From: a virus | Lineage: Duplodnaviria > Caudoviricetes | Virus record (IMG/VR): IMGVR_UViG_3300027374_000002 | Coordinates: 20,097 to 84,096 of that record | DNA length: 64,000 bases | Strand: one strand, 5' to 3' | Shown here: piece after piece, positions 27,933 through 36,228 of the stretch | Position numbering within the stretch: the first letter of the stretch is position 1 | Layout: every line of letters starts with the position of its first letter | Notes under the pieces: model-generated | Told to the model about the DNA's origin: nothing | Database searches by the model: none | What the model saw: the letters and a program-made list of their open reading frames with translations, nothing else | Position numbers and translations under genes: made by a program

Positions 27933-27961
27933 TTGACAGCGGGCTGCCTGTTTGATATAAT
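27933..27961 (+). promoter_or_regulatory. Consensus sigma-A promoter of the RNase III operon
   Basis: TTGACA-17 bp-TATAAT with TG extension. Confidence 0.85.
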
Positions 27962-28171
27962 AAAAGCACAGAGAAGGGCATTGCAAAAAAAATAGTCGGA
28001 TGTAAAGCATCTTGGATTTGCGACCTGTTATGCAAGTGACAGGGAACAAGGACGAATGATTTATATAACACCATTTTTTGAGTTGATGCCTGACGGGGCT
28101 ACAAGGGCGTAGTCTATATTCGTCAGGCTCATTTTATGCCCTCTGTGAAATAAACACGGAGGTATTTTTTT

Positions 28172-29242
28172 ATGAAGGATGAACAGTACACCGAGATTGA
28201 ACAGCAAATCGGTTACGAGTTCGAGAACAGGTTGTTATTGCAGCAAGCGTTCACCCGGAAAAGCTATACGGAAGAAACGCACGATGGCGATAACAATGAA
28301 GTGTTGGAGTTCATTGGCGATAAGGTTCTGGACCTGATCATCGTCAAGGTTCTGACTGAGTATTACGGTGAAATTAACGAACGCAACGAGTATGAGTGCG
28401 AATACACAGAAGGCAAGCTCACTGAGTTTAAGAAGCATCTGGTGGAAAGTAAGATGCTGGCTGAGCGCATAGACGAGCTTGGATTCGCGGATTACTTAAT
28501 TATGGGGAAAGGGGACAAAAAGAATAATGTCCAGAACGAAACCCATGTGAAAGAGGATTTATTTGAAGCAATTCTCGGCGCTGTTGCCCTTGACAGCGGT
28601 TGGGATATGGCTGCAATGCAGGACGCGGTGGAAATGATGCTGCACGTTGATTGCTATTTGGATGAAGGGTTCGATGAGGACCAGGACTATGTTTCCATCA
28701 TCCAGCGTTGGCAGCAGAAGCGCATCGGGGAATTACCCGATTACAAGTTTACGGACAAGCAGACTTACGACTTAAACCGCATGCTTCGGTGTTACACCTT
28801 TGTAAACCGGCGTGAAAGAATGGAAGCGGGTGAAGGTGATATTGTTTGTGAATTGCGCATTGATGATGGTGAACCGTTTGTTGGTTTCGGGTATTCAAAG
28901 AGCCTGGCAAGAATGGCGGCGGCGGAGCTTGCGTATGATTATTTGGATGAAAACGGTCTTCTGCGCACAATGCAGGATGAGATTGGTGAACCTTCGCGCG
29001 AAAGAGCAGTGAGCCAACTTCACGAGCTGTCCCAGAAGGGATACTTCTCTGCGCCGGTTTATGAGTTCGAAGAGGACCACGATGAAAACGGGAACCCGGT
29101 CTGGACCTGCGAATGCAGCATCGCCGAATATGAGGACGCATATTTTTACGAGGCAAGTTCGAAGAAGGAAGCGAAACGGCTGGCAGCTTATGAAATGCTT
29201 CTCTCGATTCTAAACCATACAAATGAGGAGGATGACAGATGA
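28172..29242 (+). CDS. RNase III family endoribonuclease with two dsRBDs
   Basis: NEVLEFIGD and EDLFEAILGA (catalytic acidic residues present); two dsRBD-like segments ending SKSLARMAAA and SKKEAKRLAA. Confidence 0.9.
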   Translation: MKDEQYTEIEQQIGYEFENRLLLQQAFTRKSYTEETHDGDNNEVLEFIGDKVLDLIIVKVLTEYYGEINERNEYECEYTEGKLTEFKKHLVESKMLAERIDELGFADYLIMGKGDKKNNVQNETHVKEDLFEAILGAVALDSGWDMAAMQDAVEMMLHVDCYLDEGFDEDQDYVSIIQRWQQKRIGELPDYKFTDKQTYDLNRMLRCYTFVNRRERMEAGEGDIVCELRIDDGEPFVGFGYSKSLARMAAAELAYDYLDENGLLRTMQDEIGEPSRERAVSQLHELSQKGYFSAPVYEFEEDHDENGNPVWTCECSIAEYEDAYFYEASSKKEAKRLAAYEMLLSILNHTNEEDDR

Positions 29243-30648
29243 GAGTTGTATCAACAAAGCTGAAAATGGTTGATGCGTTTACGGAAGCGGAGTTTTTCGG
29301 AACCATAAATCAGTGGATGAAAAATGCCGGTCCTTGCAAGGCGGTGGCTGAACAGCTCGAAGCCTGCGAAGAGAAAGTTGGTGTGCATCTGGAAGCGGAA
29401 TATTGTATTGCGGATACTTTCCAAATCGAAAAGGAAGATTCAACGTTCACCCTGTTCAAGTTGGAACAGGAATTCCATCAGCAGACCTGGACGAACGAAG
29501 TTATTCTTAAAAGTGCCGGCAGTGAGAAGGAGGTGTTCTTCCACATTGATTGCTCCCGCGATGCGACCAGATTTGACGAAGCACCTGAAATGCGCACAGA
29601 GGTTATTCGCACTTTTGTAAACAGCGGGTATGTAAAGCAACCGAAGGTTCCTATTACTTCCAGGACCGTTGAAGCAACCAATGACCTGCTCGATTGGATA
29701 GCGGCTGCTATTCAGGAAGAATATACTGAGGAATTGCCGTTAATTCTTGCGACTACATATTTTGGAAGCCAGGCAATCGAGATTGATGATTTTGCGCTTT
29801 CGAGGAAGTTGGCAGGACTTGCGTACATTGTGGTGTGCGATAACGAATACACAAGACTTCTGAAGGATAAGGCGAAATGTGCAGTGCCGTTCAATGGCGC
29901 GGTTACAATTTACTGCAAAGGTGGGAAGCCGCGTCAGTTCCGGAAAAAGGATGCGTTCCTGGGCGCAACGCTTGATAAGCAGATAGCAAATGAAGTGCAA
30001 AGGTTTGTAACCGCAGCGGTTGATGCCGAAGCACCGACTTGGGAAGCACTTCACGCTGAGCTGGTTCATAAGGAAGCGAAAGAAAATGCTGCTCTGGCAG
30101 AAGAAGCGTTCGATGCAAACGAAACGCTGGACGAAAAGCTGAAAAGGGCAGAGGAAAGAATCGCAGCGCTGGTGCAAGAGAACATGCAGTTGACTGCAAA
30201 GAACGAAAGCCTGAACAGAGCGCTTACGAAAAACGATGCCGTTCAAACGGTATTAGAGGCTTCAAGCATTCCGGAGTTCTTCGAAGGCGAACAGCACGAT
30301 TTGGTGGTTTCCATTTTACAGAAAGCGCTGTCGAACTGCGGCACAAAGGATACTCGGCAGAAAGAACTGCTCACCGACCTTTTGGCGCATAACCATATAA
30401 TCGGAAAAGGCAAGGAACTGTTCGAAGTGGTTAAGTCTATATTCGCTGATGGTGAAGACCTTTCCGCGAAAGAGCTGGCAGAGCTGAAAAGGGTGGGCTT
30501 TGAAATCACAAGCGAGAACACGCACTACAAGCTGGTTTATAAGGGAAGCAAATACTGGTTCAGCTTGGCGAAAACCACGAGCGATAAAACCCGCAGCGGG
30601 AAGAACCTGACTTCGGACATTACGAAAACACTCTCGGTCTATAAATAG
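29239..30648 (+). CDS. Hypothetical protein with coiled coil and HicA-like C-terminal domain
   Basis: ATGA overlap with the RNase III gene; LKRVGFEI...THYKL...KTTSDKTRSGKN. The HicA call is pattern-based. Confidence 0.7.
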   Translation: MRVVSTKLKMVDAFTEAEFFGTINQWMKNAGPCKAVAEQLEACEEKVGVHLEAEYCIADTFQIEKEDSTFTLFKLEQEFHQQTWTNEVILKSAGSEKEVFFHIDCSRDATRFDEAPEMRTEVIRTFVNSGYVKQPKVPITSRTVEATNDLLDWIAAAIQEEYTEELPLILATTYFGSQAIEIDDFALSRKLAGLAYIVVCDNEYTRLLKDKAKCAVPFNGAVTIYCKGGKPRQFRKKDAFLGATLDKQIANEVQRFVTAAVDAEAPTWEALHAELVHKEAKENAALAEEAFDANETLDEKLKRAEERIAALVQENMQLTAKNESLNRALTKNDAVQTVLEASSIPEFFEGEQHDLVVSILQKALSNCGTKDTRQKELLTDLLAHNHIIGKGKELFEVVKSIFADGEDLSAKELAELKRVGFEITSENTHYKLVYKGSKYWFSLAKTTSDKTRSGKNLTSDITKTLSVYK

Positions 30649-30658
30649 GAGAAAGAAA

Positions 30659-30820
30659 ATGCGTACAACAGCAATCTGCCCGGAATGCGGCGCAGTCCAG
30701 AAAGGGTTAATTTTACAGGAAACAAAAGGCTCGGTTGTCTGCAATAAATGCGGTAAGCAGTTTGAGGCTCCTTTTGAAGAACCCGCAGAAGAACCGGAAA
30801 AGAAAAGCAAGCCGGAATAG
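30659..30820 (+). CDS. 53-aa zinc-ribbon protein (not in the ORF track)
   Basis: MRTTAICPECG...VVCNKCG; RBS AGGAG. Confidence 0.7.
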   Translation: MRTTAICPECGAVQKGLILQETKGSVVCNKCGKQFEAPFEEPAEEPEKKSKPE

Positions 30821-30839
30821 TTTTCTACCATTTTAATGA

Positions 30840-30882
30840 AAAAACCGTCATCCCAACCGGGTGGCGGTAAATTTTTTTTATT
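30840..30882 (+). terminator. Intrinsic terminator
   Basis: ACCGTCATCC...GGGTGGCGGT followed by a T run. Confidence 0.6.
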
Positions 30883-30997
30883 TTTTTGCAACTTTTTTTG
30901 AAAACACCATCAAAATAGTAGTTCGGATCGTGTATATACCTATGAACACTTTCACACTCACTTAAAAAATCCCATCGAGTGTGAAGAGGAGGTTTTT

Positions 30998-31126
30998 ATG
31001 AATTATTTTAATATTCATAAGCATTACACTCTTTGTGTAGTGTGCGGGCGTAAAGTCCGTTCAAAATACCCCTTCCAGATTATCTGTGATGAGTGTTTTG
31101 AAGAAGAACTTGATAGATTAGATTAA
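30998..31126 (+). CDS. 42-aa Cys-rich peptide (not in the ORF track)
   Basis: AGGAGG RBS; CVVC...CDEC. Confidence 0.55.
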   Translation: MNYFNIHKHYTLCVVCGRKVRSKYPFQIICDECFEEELDRLD

Positions 31127-31149
31127 TCTATCCGAGAAAACAATCATCC

Positions 31150-31170
31150 CTTAATCGGGGTGGTGGTTTT
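31150..31170 (+). repeat. 21-bp direct repeat, copy 1 (3' arm of a terminator)
   Basis: CTTAATCGGGGTGGTGGTTTT, identical at 33025-33045. Confidence 0.9.
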
Positions 31171-31191
31171 TCTTTTTTATCGTAAAATCCA

Positions 31192-31220
31192 TTGTGAAAG
31201 TTACGAAAATGTAGTATTAT
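31192..31220 (+). promoter_or_regulatory. Sigma-A-like promoter of the GmrSD-like gene
   Basis: TTGTGA-17 bp-TATTAT. Confidence 0.55.
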
Positions 31221-31241
31221 AAAAGAGAAGAAGATTGCGAG

Positions 31242-33008
31242 GTGAACTCAATGCCCACTAACAATAAATACGAAGATATGAGCGCCCTTGATGCGCTGCG
31301 CTTTGCCGAGAACCATACCTTATTGCTGCCGGATATCCAGAGGGAATATGTATGGGACTATCAGGAAATCGAAAGGCTGTTTGAATCAATAGTGGACGAG
31401 TACCCGATTGGCTCTTGTATTTTCTGGAAAACCAACCGCGCAACCATAAACGCAGAAAAACCGAACCTGTATTATTTTCTGCGTGAGTACGAGCGCTGGA
31501 AAACGAAGAATGAAAAAGCGCCGGAGGTGTTTAGCAACGAAATTGATTATTACATCGTGCTTGATGGACAGCAGCGTATCACCTCACTGAACATTGCACT
31601 TTATGGTTCGTATACATATTACAAGGGCGGCAGGGGACACGCTTGGGATAATCCAAAGTCGTGGTTGACAAAAGAGCTTTATTATAACCTTGATTTCTAC
31701 GCGGCATCCAATGAAGAAGAGGATGATGAGAACCCCAGGAAGCGCTTTGTTTTTTTAACAAAGGAGGATGCGGAAGCGGGACATTATTACAAAATAAAAA
31801 ATTTACTCGCATTCGATAAATTGCAGCGGTTTGTGCTTGCTTTGAATAATCTGACAACCGATGAAAAGGTAATCGATGACTTGTCAATGCTCTTTGAGCG
31901 TCTGCACAACGCTTCCGGGAATGGGTTGATTCATTACTATTGTATTTCCGAAAATACATACGATGAAGCTCTGGACATCTTTGTGCGCGTAAACTCCACC
32001 GGCAGAAAGCTCTCAAAATCTGACTTACTTTTTTCGACCTTGATAGACGGGTGGAAGACCGGCAAAGAGAATATTGAAAACCTTCTCGCCACGATGAATT
32101 CCAAAGGGGACAAGTTCAATTTCACCAGAGATTACTTGATGCGACTTTGCCTGGTTCTGGTTGATGCTAATACAAACCTGAAAATAAACTCTTTAAATCA
32201 AAAGACGGTTTTATCGATTCGTGATAATTGGGATGCGATATACGCCGCCGCAGATACCATGTCAACTGTCCTGGCAGACATTGGTCTTTCCAACGAAACC
32301 TTGACTTCGTATAACGCAACGATGCCCATCGTTTATTTCTTATACAAGGGCGGCAAGATAAAAGATAAAGAAGCGAAAAAGGAAGTGCGTAAATTCCTGT
32401 CGGTTGCTATGGCTCAGCGCCTCTTCGGTGTTGCAAGTAACGATGCTTTGAATAAAACGCGCAACGTGCTGAAAGCGCTTGATTGCAAGAAGGCGGTTTT
32501 CGGGTTATCACTTTTCGCGGAAACCACGCTCACCGGTGGCAGAACATTTACGGTTTCTGAAAAGGACATCGACCATTGGCTGAATACCTACGAAAAAGGG
32601 CAAAGCACATATTTGCTTTTGGCGCTGCTTTACCCGAATTACAAGTTGAGCCAGGTTGCGTTCCATCAGGACCATTGTCACCCACACGTATCTTTTGATG
32701 ATAAAAATATAATTGCACTGGGGCTGACCGAAGAAAAAGTGAAGGAGTGGCAGAAGAAGCGTAATCTCCTTCCGAACCTTCAATTTTTGGAAGGTACAGA
32801 AAACGAGTCAAAGAATAAAACACCGCTTTATGAATGGGTGAACGCAGGGTATAACTTTTTGTATCGTCCCGCGGGCGTTTCACTTGAACTGAAAGATTTT
32901 GATGTGTTCTTTAATGAAAGAAGGAAGCTGATTAAAAAAGAACTCGCATCGATATTCGGCGTTACGCTTCCGGAAGAAAACCCGGACAGCAATACTGAAG
33001 AAGCATAA
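31242..33008 (+). CDS. GmrSD-like (DUF262 + HNH) modification-dependent restriction endonuclease
   Basis: LPDIQREYVW, VLDGQQR, FVRVNSTG, C-terminal QDHCHP...NLQFL...NESK. Confidence 0.88.
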   Translation: MNSMPTNNKYEDMSALDALRFAENHTLLLPDIQREYVWDYQEIERLFESIVDEYPIGSCIFWKTNRATINAEKPNLYYFLREYERWKTKNEKAPEVFSNEIDYYIVLDGQQRITSLNIALYGSYTYYKGGRGHAWDNPKSWLTKELYYNLDFYAASNEEEDDENPRKRFVFLTKEDAEAGHYYKIKNLLAFDKLQRFVLALNNLTTDEKVIDDLSMLFERLHNASGNGLIHYYCISENTYDEALDIFVRVNSTGRKLSKSDLLFSTLIDGWKTGKENIENLLATMNSKGDKFNFTRDYLMRLCLVLVDANTNLKINSLNQKTVLSIRDNWDAIYAAADTMSTVLADIGLSNETLTSYNATMPIVYFLYKGGKIKDKEAKKEVRKFLSVAMAQRLFGVASNDALNKTRNVLKALDCKKAVFGLSLFAETTLTGGRTFTVSEKDIDHWLNTYEKGQSTYLLLALLYPNYKLSQVAFHQDHCHPHVSFDDKNIIALGLTEEKVKEWQKKRNLLPNLQFLEGTENESKNKTPLYEWVNAGYNFLYRPAGVSLELKDFDVFFNERRKLIKKELASIFGVTLPEENPDSNTEEA

Positions 33009-33024
33009 ATAAAAACCATCACCT

Positions 33025-33045
33025 CTTAATCGGGGTGGTGGTTTT
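33025..33045 (+). repeat. 21-bp direct repeat, copy 2 (bidirectional terminator)
   Basis: Identical to 31150-31170; part of the AAAACCATCACC...GGTGGTGGTTTT hairpin. Confidence 0.9.
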
Positions 33046-33202
33046 CTTCATTTTCGGAAGCGGCTTCATCAATAGCTTTCCGCGCGCGGTTGCGTTGCAT
33101 ATCGTAAAAAGCATACAGTAAAAGCGCGACTGTTTCTTCCGGCGTGTTGGGATTATGGAAGTGGAACTTCAGCTCCGGACGGGAGGGTTTATTCCTCGTC
33201 AT
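33026..33202 (-). CDS. Small hypothetical protein
   Basis: Likely ATG at 33202; ELKFHFHNPNTPEETV; overlaps the end of the upstream gene. Confidence 0.5.
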   Translation of the reverse strand: MTRNKPSRPELKFHFHNPNTPEETVALLLYAFYDMQRNRARKAIDEAASENEENHHPD

Positions 33203-34148
33203 CGTTTCCGGTTTCTTCTTCGCCATCTTCCGATGATACCTCGTTGAGGTTTTCGTCAAGCGTGAGTTCTTCTACCTGACCGCCGTTCTGGAAAAGCGCA
33301 TCGTCATTTACTTCGTAGAACTCATCGTCATCGCCAATATTATCAAGCCCGGAGTAGTCCTTTGCGAAGAGCGCGTTCAACTGAAGTTTGGCTGCGTTGG
33401 ATTTTTTCTTTCCGTTATATTCCAGAACCATTACTTCGGCGTAGCCCATGCAACCTGCCCGGCGTTCCTTCGCGGTGCGGGTGAGCTGCTTAATGGAAAT
33501 AGCGCCGAGCTTTTCTTTGAACAGGTCATCGTCCAGCGCTTCTTTATAGACCACGACCAGCTTTGCAACGGCTTTCATAATGTTTGCGCTGAAGGAATTA
33601 TAGTCTCCTTCCCAAGCGCCGATAATAAGCCGTAACACGCGGTCTAAGGCGTGGTATCCATGTTTGTCGAAGATGTACTCAAGCGTGGAAACTGCGCAAA
33701 TCGCGCCCGGTTTTTTGGAAGAACCGATTATCATTCCATAGGATTCAACCAGGTCTCGTATCATTAATTGTTTGTCATTTCCGGCTTCGATATTTGCCAT
33801 AAAGATTTCGTAAGGAATGAGCGGCTTGACGAACTTCATCTGGTTTGCGAAGATGTCCGCTTCATGCGAATAGTCAAGGTCATCGTAAACCATACACCAG
33901 ACCGGCGTTTCGCGGGAACCGGAAACGAGCGCCACGATTTCAATGGTGTGCTGCCCGTTGAATACATAATTGATTCCATTGCGGCGGCTGACTTTTACAG
34001 GGTTTATTTGGTAAAGGTCGAAGTTTTCTGCCGCGCGGTTGATATGAGAGCGGGAGAGGTTGCGTTGATACTCCTGGTTGGATACCAAGTTTTTTATGGG
34101 TATTTGCTCAAAATGTACGTTGGGTACGAAAGCAGAGAAATCGGGCAT
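33189..34148 (-). CDS. ParB/Srx-fold protein (DUF6551-like)
   Basis: IPIKNL...EYQR...NPVKVS...FNGQHT; acidic tail. Confidence 0.75.
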   Translation of the reverse strand: MPDFSAFVPNVHFEQIPIKNLVSNQEYQRNLSRSHINRAAENFDLYQINPVKVSRRNGINYVFNGQHTIEIVALVSGSRETPVWCMVYDDLDYSHEADIFANQMKFVKPLIPYEIFMANIEAGNDKQLMIRDLVESYGMIIGSSKKPGAICAVSTLEYIFDKHGYHALDRVLRLIIGAWEGDYNSFSANIMKAVAKLVVVYKEALDDDLFKEKLGAISIKQLTRTAKERRAGCMGYAEVMVLEYNGKKKSNAAKLQLNALFAKDYSGLDNIGDDDEFYEVNDDALFQNGGQVEELTLDENLNEVSSEDGEEETGNDDEE

Positions 34149-34150
34149 TT

Positions 34151-35083
34151 TTAGACCTCCTCAATTAAAAACAGCAATTCGGTTACTGCGGAAGCAAGCT
34201 CGTCAAGTATGGTTTGTACTTTTATGAGTGCCGGCTTGGAAACGGTGCTGAAATTTGTGTTTTGTTTGGTGCGTTGTATTGAATCAAGCCACGATGGGAT
34301 GGTGAGCGTTAAGCTGTTGATGGCTGCATCAGGATCGAAGGTTGGCATATCTTTTACGGATGATTGTGCGCCGGAAGCGGAAGGAGTGTAATTGCTTTGA
34401 ATAACGGCTCTGCTTTTTTTGAATTTCAGGATTACCTGGTTTCGGGAATTGCCGAGCCGCTTGTTTAATTTTTGAAGCTCTTCCGGAGACATCCTTTCAA
34501 CTTCCAAGATGCTATTGTGCGATATTTTATAACGCCCGGATAGTATCTTGGGTACAAGCTCTGGGGCTTTCCTGCCGATTTCCAAAATGGCGCGGGTGTA
34601 GCGGGCATACTTCTGTATGGTGCCGAAGGATACGTTGTTTTCTTTTGCAAGCCGCTGCGCAGTAACGTGGCGGCAGGGGAGTATTTCGCTTTCCGGTAAA
34701 AAATCATCTTCCTCCTGTGGGTTCAAAAGGTCATCGCGTTTATTTGAGTTGATGAGCTTTTCCGTTTCATACTGCATTCCGATGAGGAAGTGGCGTGCTT
34801 CTTCGGTTATGTTGTCGCGCTTGCATTGTGTTGCACAAATCCATACAACGGCAGCTTCCTTGCAATCGAACGGCATTTCTTCAACTGAAAAGGGAATATG
34901 ATATCGGGTACAAATATCGTAACGGCAATGACCGTCAATGATGAACCCGCGCCAGACTTTTATGGGTTCCAGACAGCCGTTATTGAGAATGCTGGTTTCG
35001 AGTTCCAGGAATTCCTTTTGCGGATGTGGGCGAATGAGAGACTTAAACTCTCTGCATATTTCGAGCGTATGGTTAGTTTCCAT
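34151..35083 (-). CDS. ParB-like N-terminal domain plus HTH protein
   Basis: LETSILNNGCLEPIKVWRGFIIDGHCRY; HTH TAQRLAKENNVSFGTIQKY. Confidence 0.8.
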   Translation of the reverse strand: METNHTLEICREFKSLIRPHPQKEFLELETSILNNGCLEPIKVWRGFIIDGHCRYDICTRYHIPFSVEEMPFDCKEAAVVWICATQCKRDNITEEARHFLIGMQYETEKLINSNKRDDLLNPQEEDDFLPESEILPCRHVTAQRLAKENNVSFGTIQKYARYTRAILEIGRKAPELVPKILSGRYKISHNSILEVERMSPEELQKLNKRLGNSRNQVILKFKKSRAVIQSNYTPSASGAQSSVKDMPTFDPDAAINSLTLTIPSWLDSIQRTKQNTNFSTVSKPALIKVQTILDELASAVTELLFLIEEV

Positions 35084-35474
35084 TAGGAACCTCCGGCTCG
35101 ATGCGTTTTATTGTTTTTAATGAAAAAACTGCCGCTGCTTTAGATGAAATAACTTCACCCGAAAGACGGTAGGAGTAGTTAGTTTCCAGACCGCCGATAA
35201 CTTCGCAAAGACGGGTGATAAAAGAGCGGCTGTAAATTTCATAGGAATTATCGGAATTCATCAGGCTCATATTAACCTTGTGCGACTGGTCTCCTGACAG
35301 CTCTTTTTCTACTGGGCGAATAGCGACAGCCATCATTGATGGGTTGACCAGAAGTTGAATATACTTCGGATCGCCCAGAAGGTGAATGGTTTGCTTGTGG
35401 ATGCGTATTCTGTATTTTTTCAGGTCAATAGCAATTGTGGTGGGTGTAGAAGTGGGACTACTCATGTGAGCCAC
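35073..35474 (-). CDS. Hypothetical protein, paralogue of the recombinase C-terminal domain
   Basis: YIQLLVNP...AIRP...YRLSG. Confidence 0.75.
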   Translation of the reverse strand: MAHMSSPTSTPTTIAIDLKKYRIRIHKQTIHLLGDPKYIQLLVNPSMMAVAIRPVEKELSGDQSHKVNMSLMNSDNSYEIYSRSFITRLCEVIGGLETNYSYRLSGEVISSKAAAVFSLKTIKRIEPEVPNGN

Positions 35475-36228
35475 CTCCGGCTGTTATGCCAACGGAAAGA
35501 GAGGGCTGGTCCTGACCACCCGTGGGTGTTTCTTCCGGCTTCAGTTGAGCATCCTCTTTAATTGTATAAATTGCGTAACCGTCAAAGATATTGATTTGCA
35601 TCGACTGCTTATGTTCGTTATAAGGCAAGCCGAATTGATTCTGCCAATCTTGCGGAAATACCGGTGTTCTGGAAACTTTCGGTTTTGCGCCGTCGGGGAA
35701 AGTCTTCTGGTAAACTTCGGCAGCGGTAAGGTCATACGCAATCAAGTATTCGCCGTTCGAGTGGATGAGCTTGCCAAGAAGTTTGTACCTGAAATCCGGG
35801 TTCCATCCCATAAGCTCAACAATTTTTGCGAAGAACAGCTTGCAAGTTATTGGCTTGGGTTTGCGTTTTCCTTTTCCAGGTTCAGTACACCACATAAAGG
35901 AATCGCGGGAACCTTCGTTGCAAGGGCGAAGGGCGAGTATCTTTCTTTCGCGGTTAACGAGTACCTGCGCGTACCCGGAGTTGGGGAACTTGGAAAGGCA
36001 GGCGGCATTGACATAGAATTTACAGTTGTTAAAGGAAACGGAAGGCTCGTGCATATGCGCGAAGAATTCACGCCTTACAACCTGGAAATCGTCAAAGTTA
36101 AAGTCCTCGCTCAGTTCCAGCAGTTCGTCATTCTCGCCAAGAACAGGGGGAACATTTCCATCTGGTATAGGAACGCCGTTCGGGGTAGGCTGCTCAAGGT
36201 CAGTGGTGTTTTCTTCATTTTCAATCAT
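35458..36228 (-). CDS. Hypothetical protein, paralogue of the recombinase C-terminal domain
   Basis: DFQVVRREFF, PSVSF, GWNPDFRYKLLG, FGLPY. Confidence 0.8.
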   Translation of the reverse strand: MIENEENTTDLEQPTPNGVPIPDGNVPPVLGENDELLELSEDFNFDDFQVVRREFFAHMHEPSVSFNNCKFYVNAACLSKFPNSGYAQVLVNRERKILALRPCNEGSRDSFMWCTEPGKGKRKPKPITCKLFFAKIVELMGWNPDFRYKLLGKLIHSNGEYLIAYDLTAAEVYQKTFPDGAKPKVSRTPVFPQDWQNQFGLPYNEHKQSMQINIFDGYAIYTIKEDAQLKPEETPTGGQDQPSLSVGITAGGGSHE

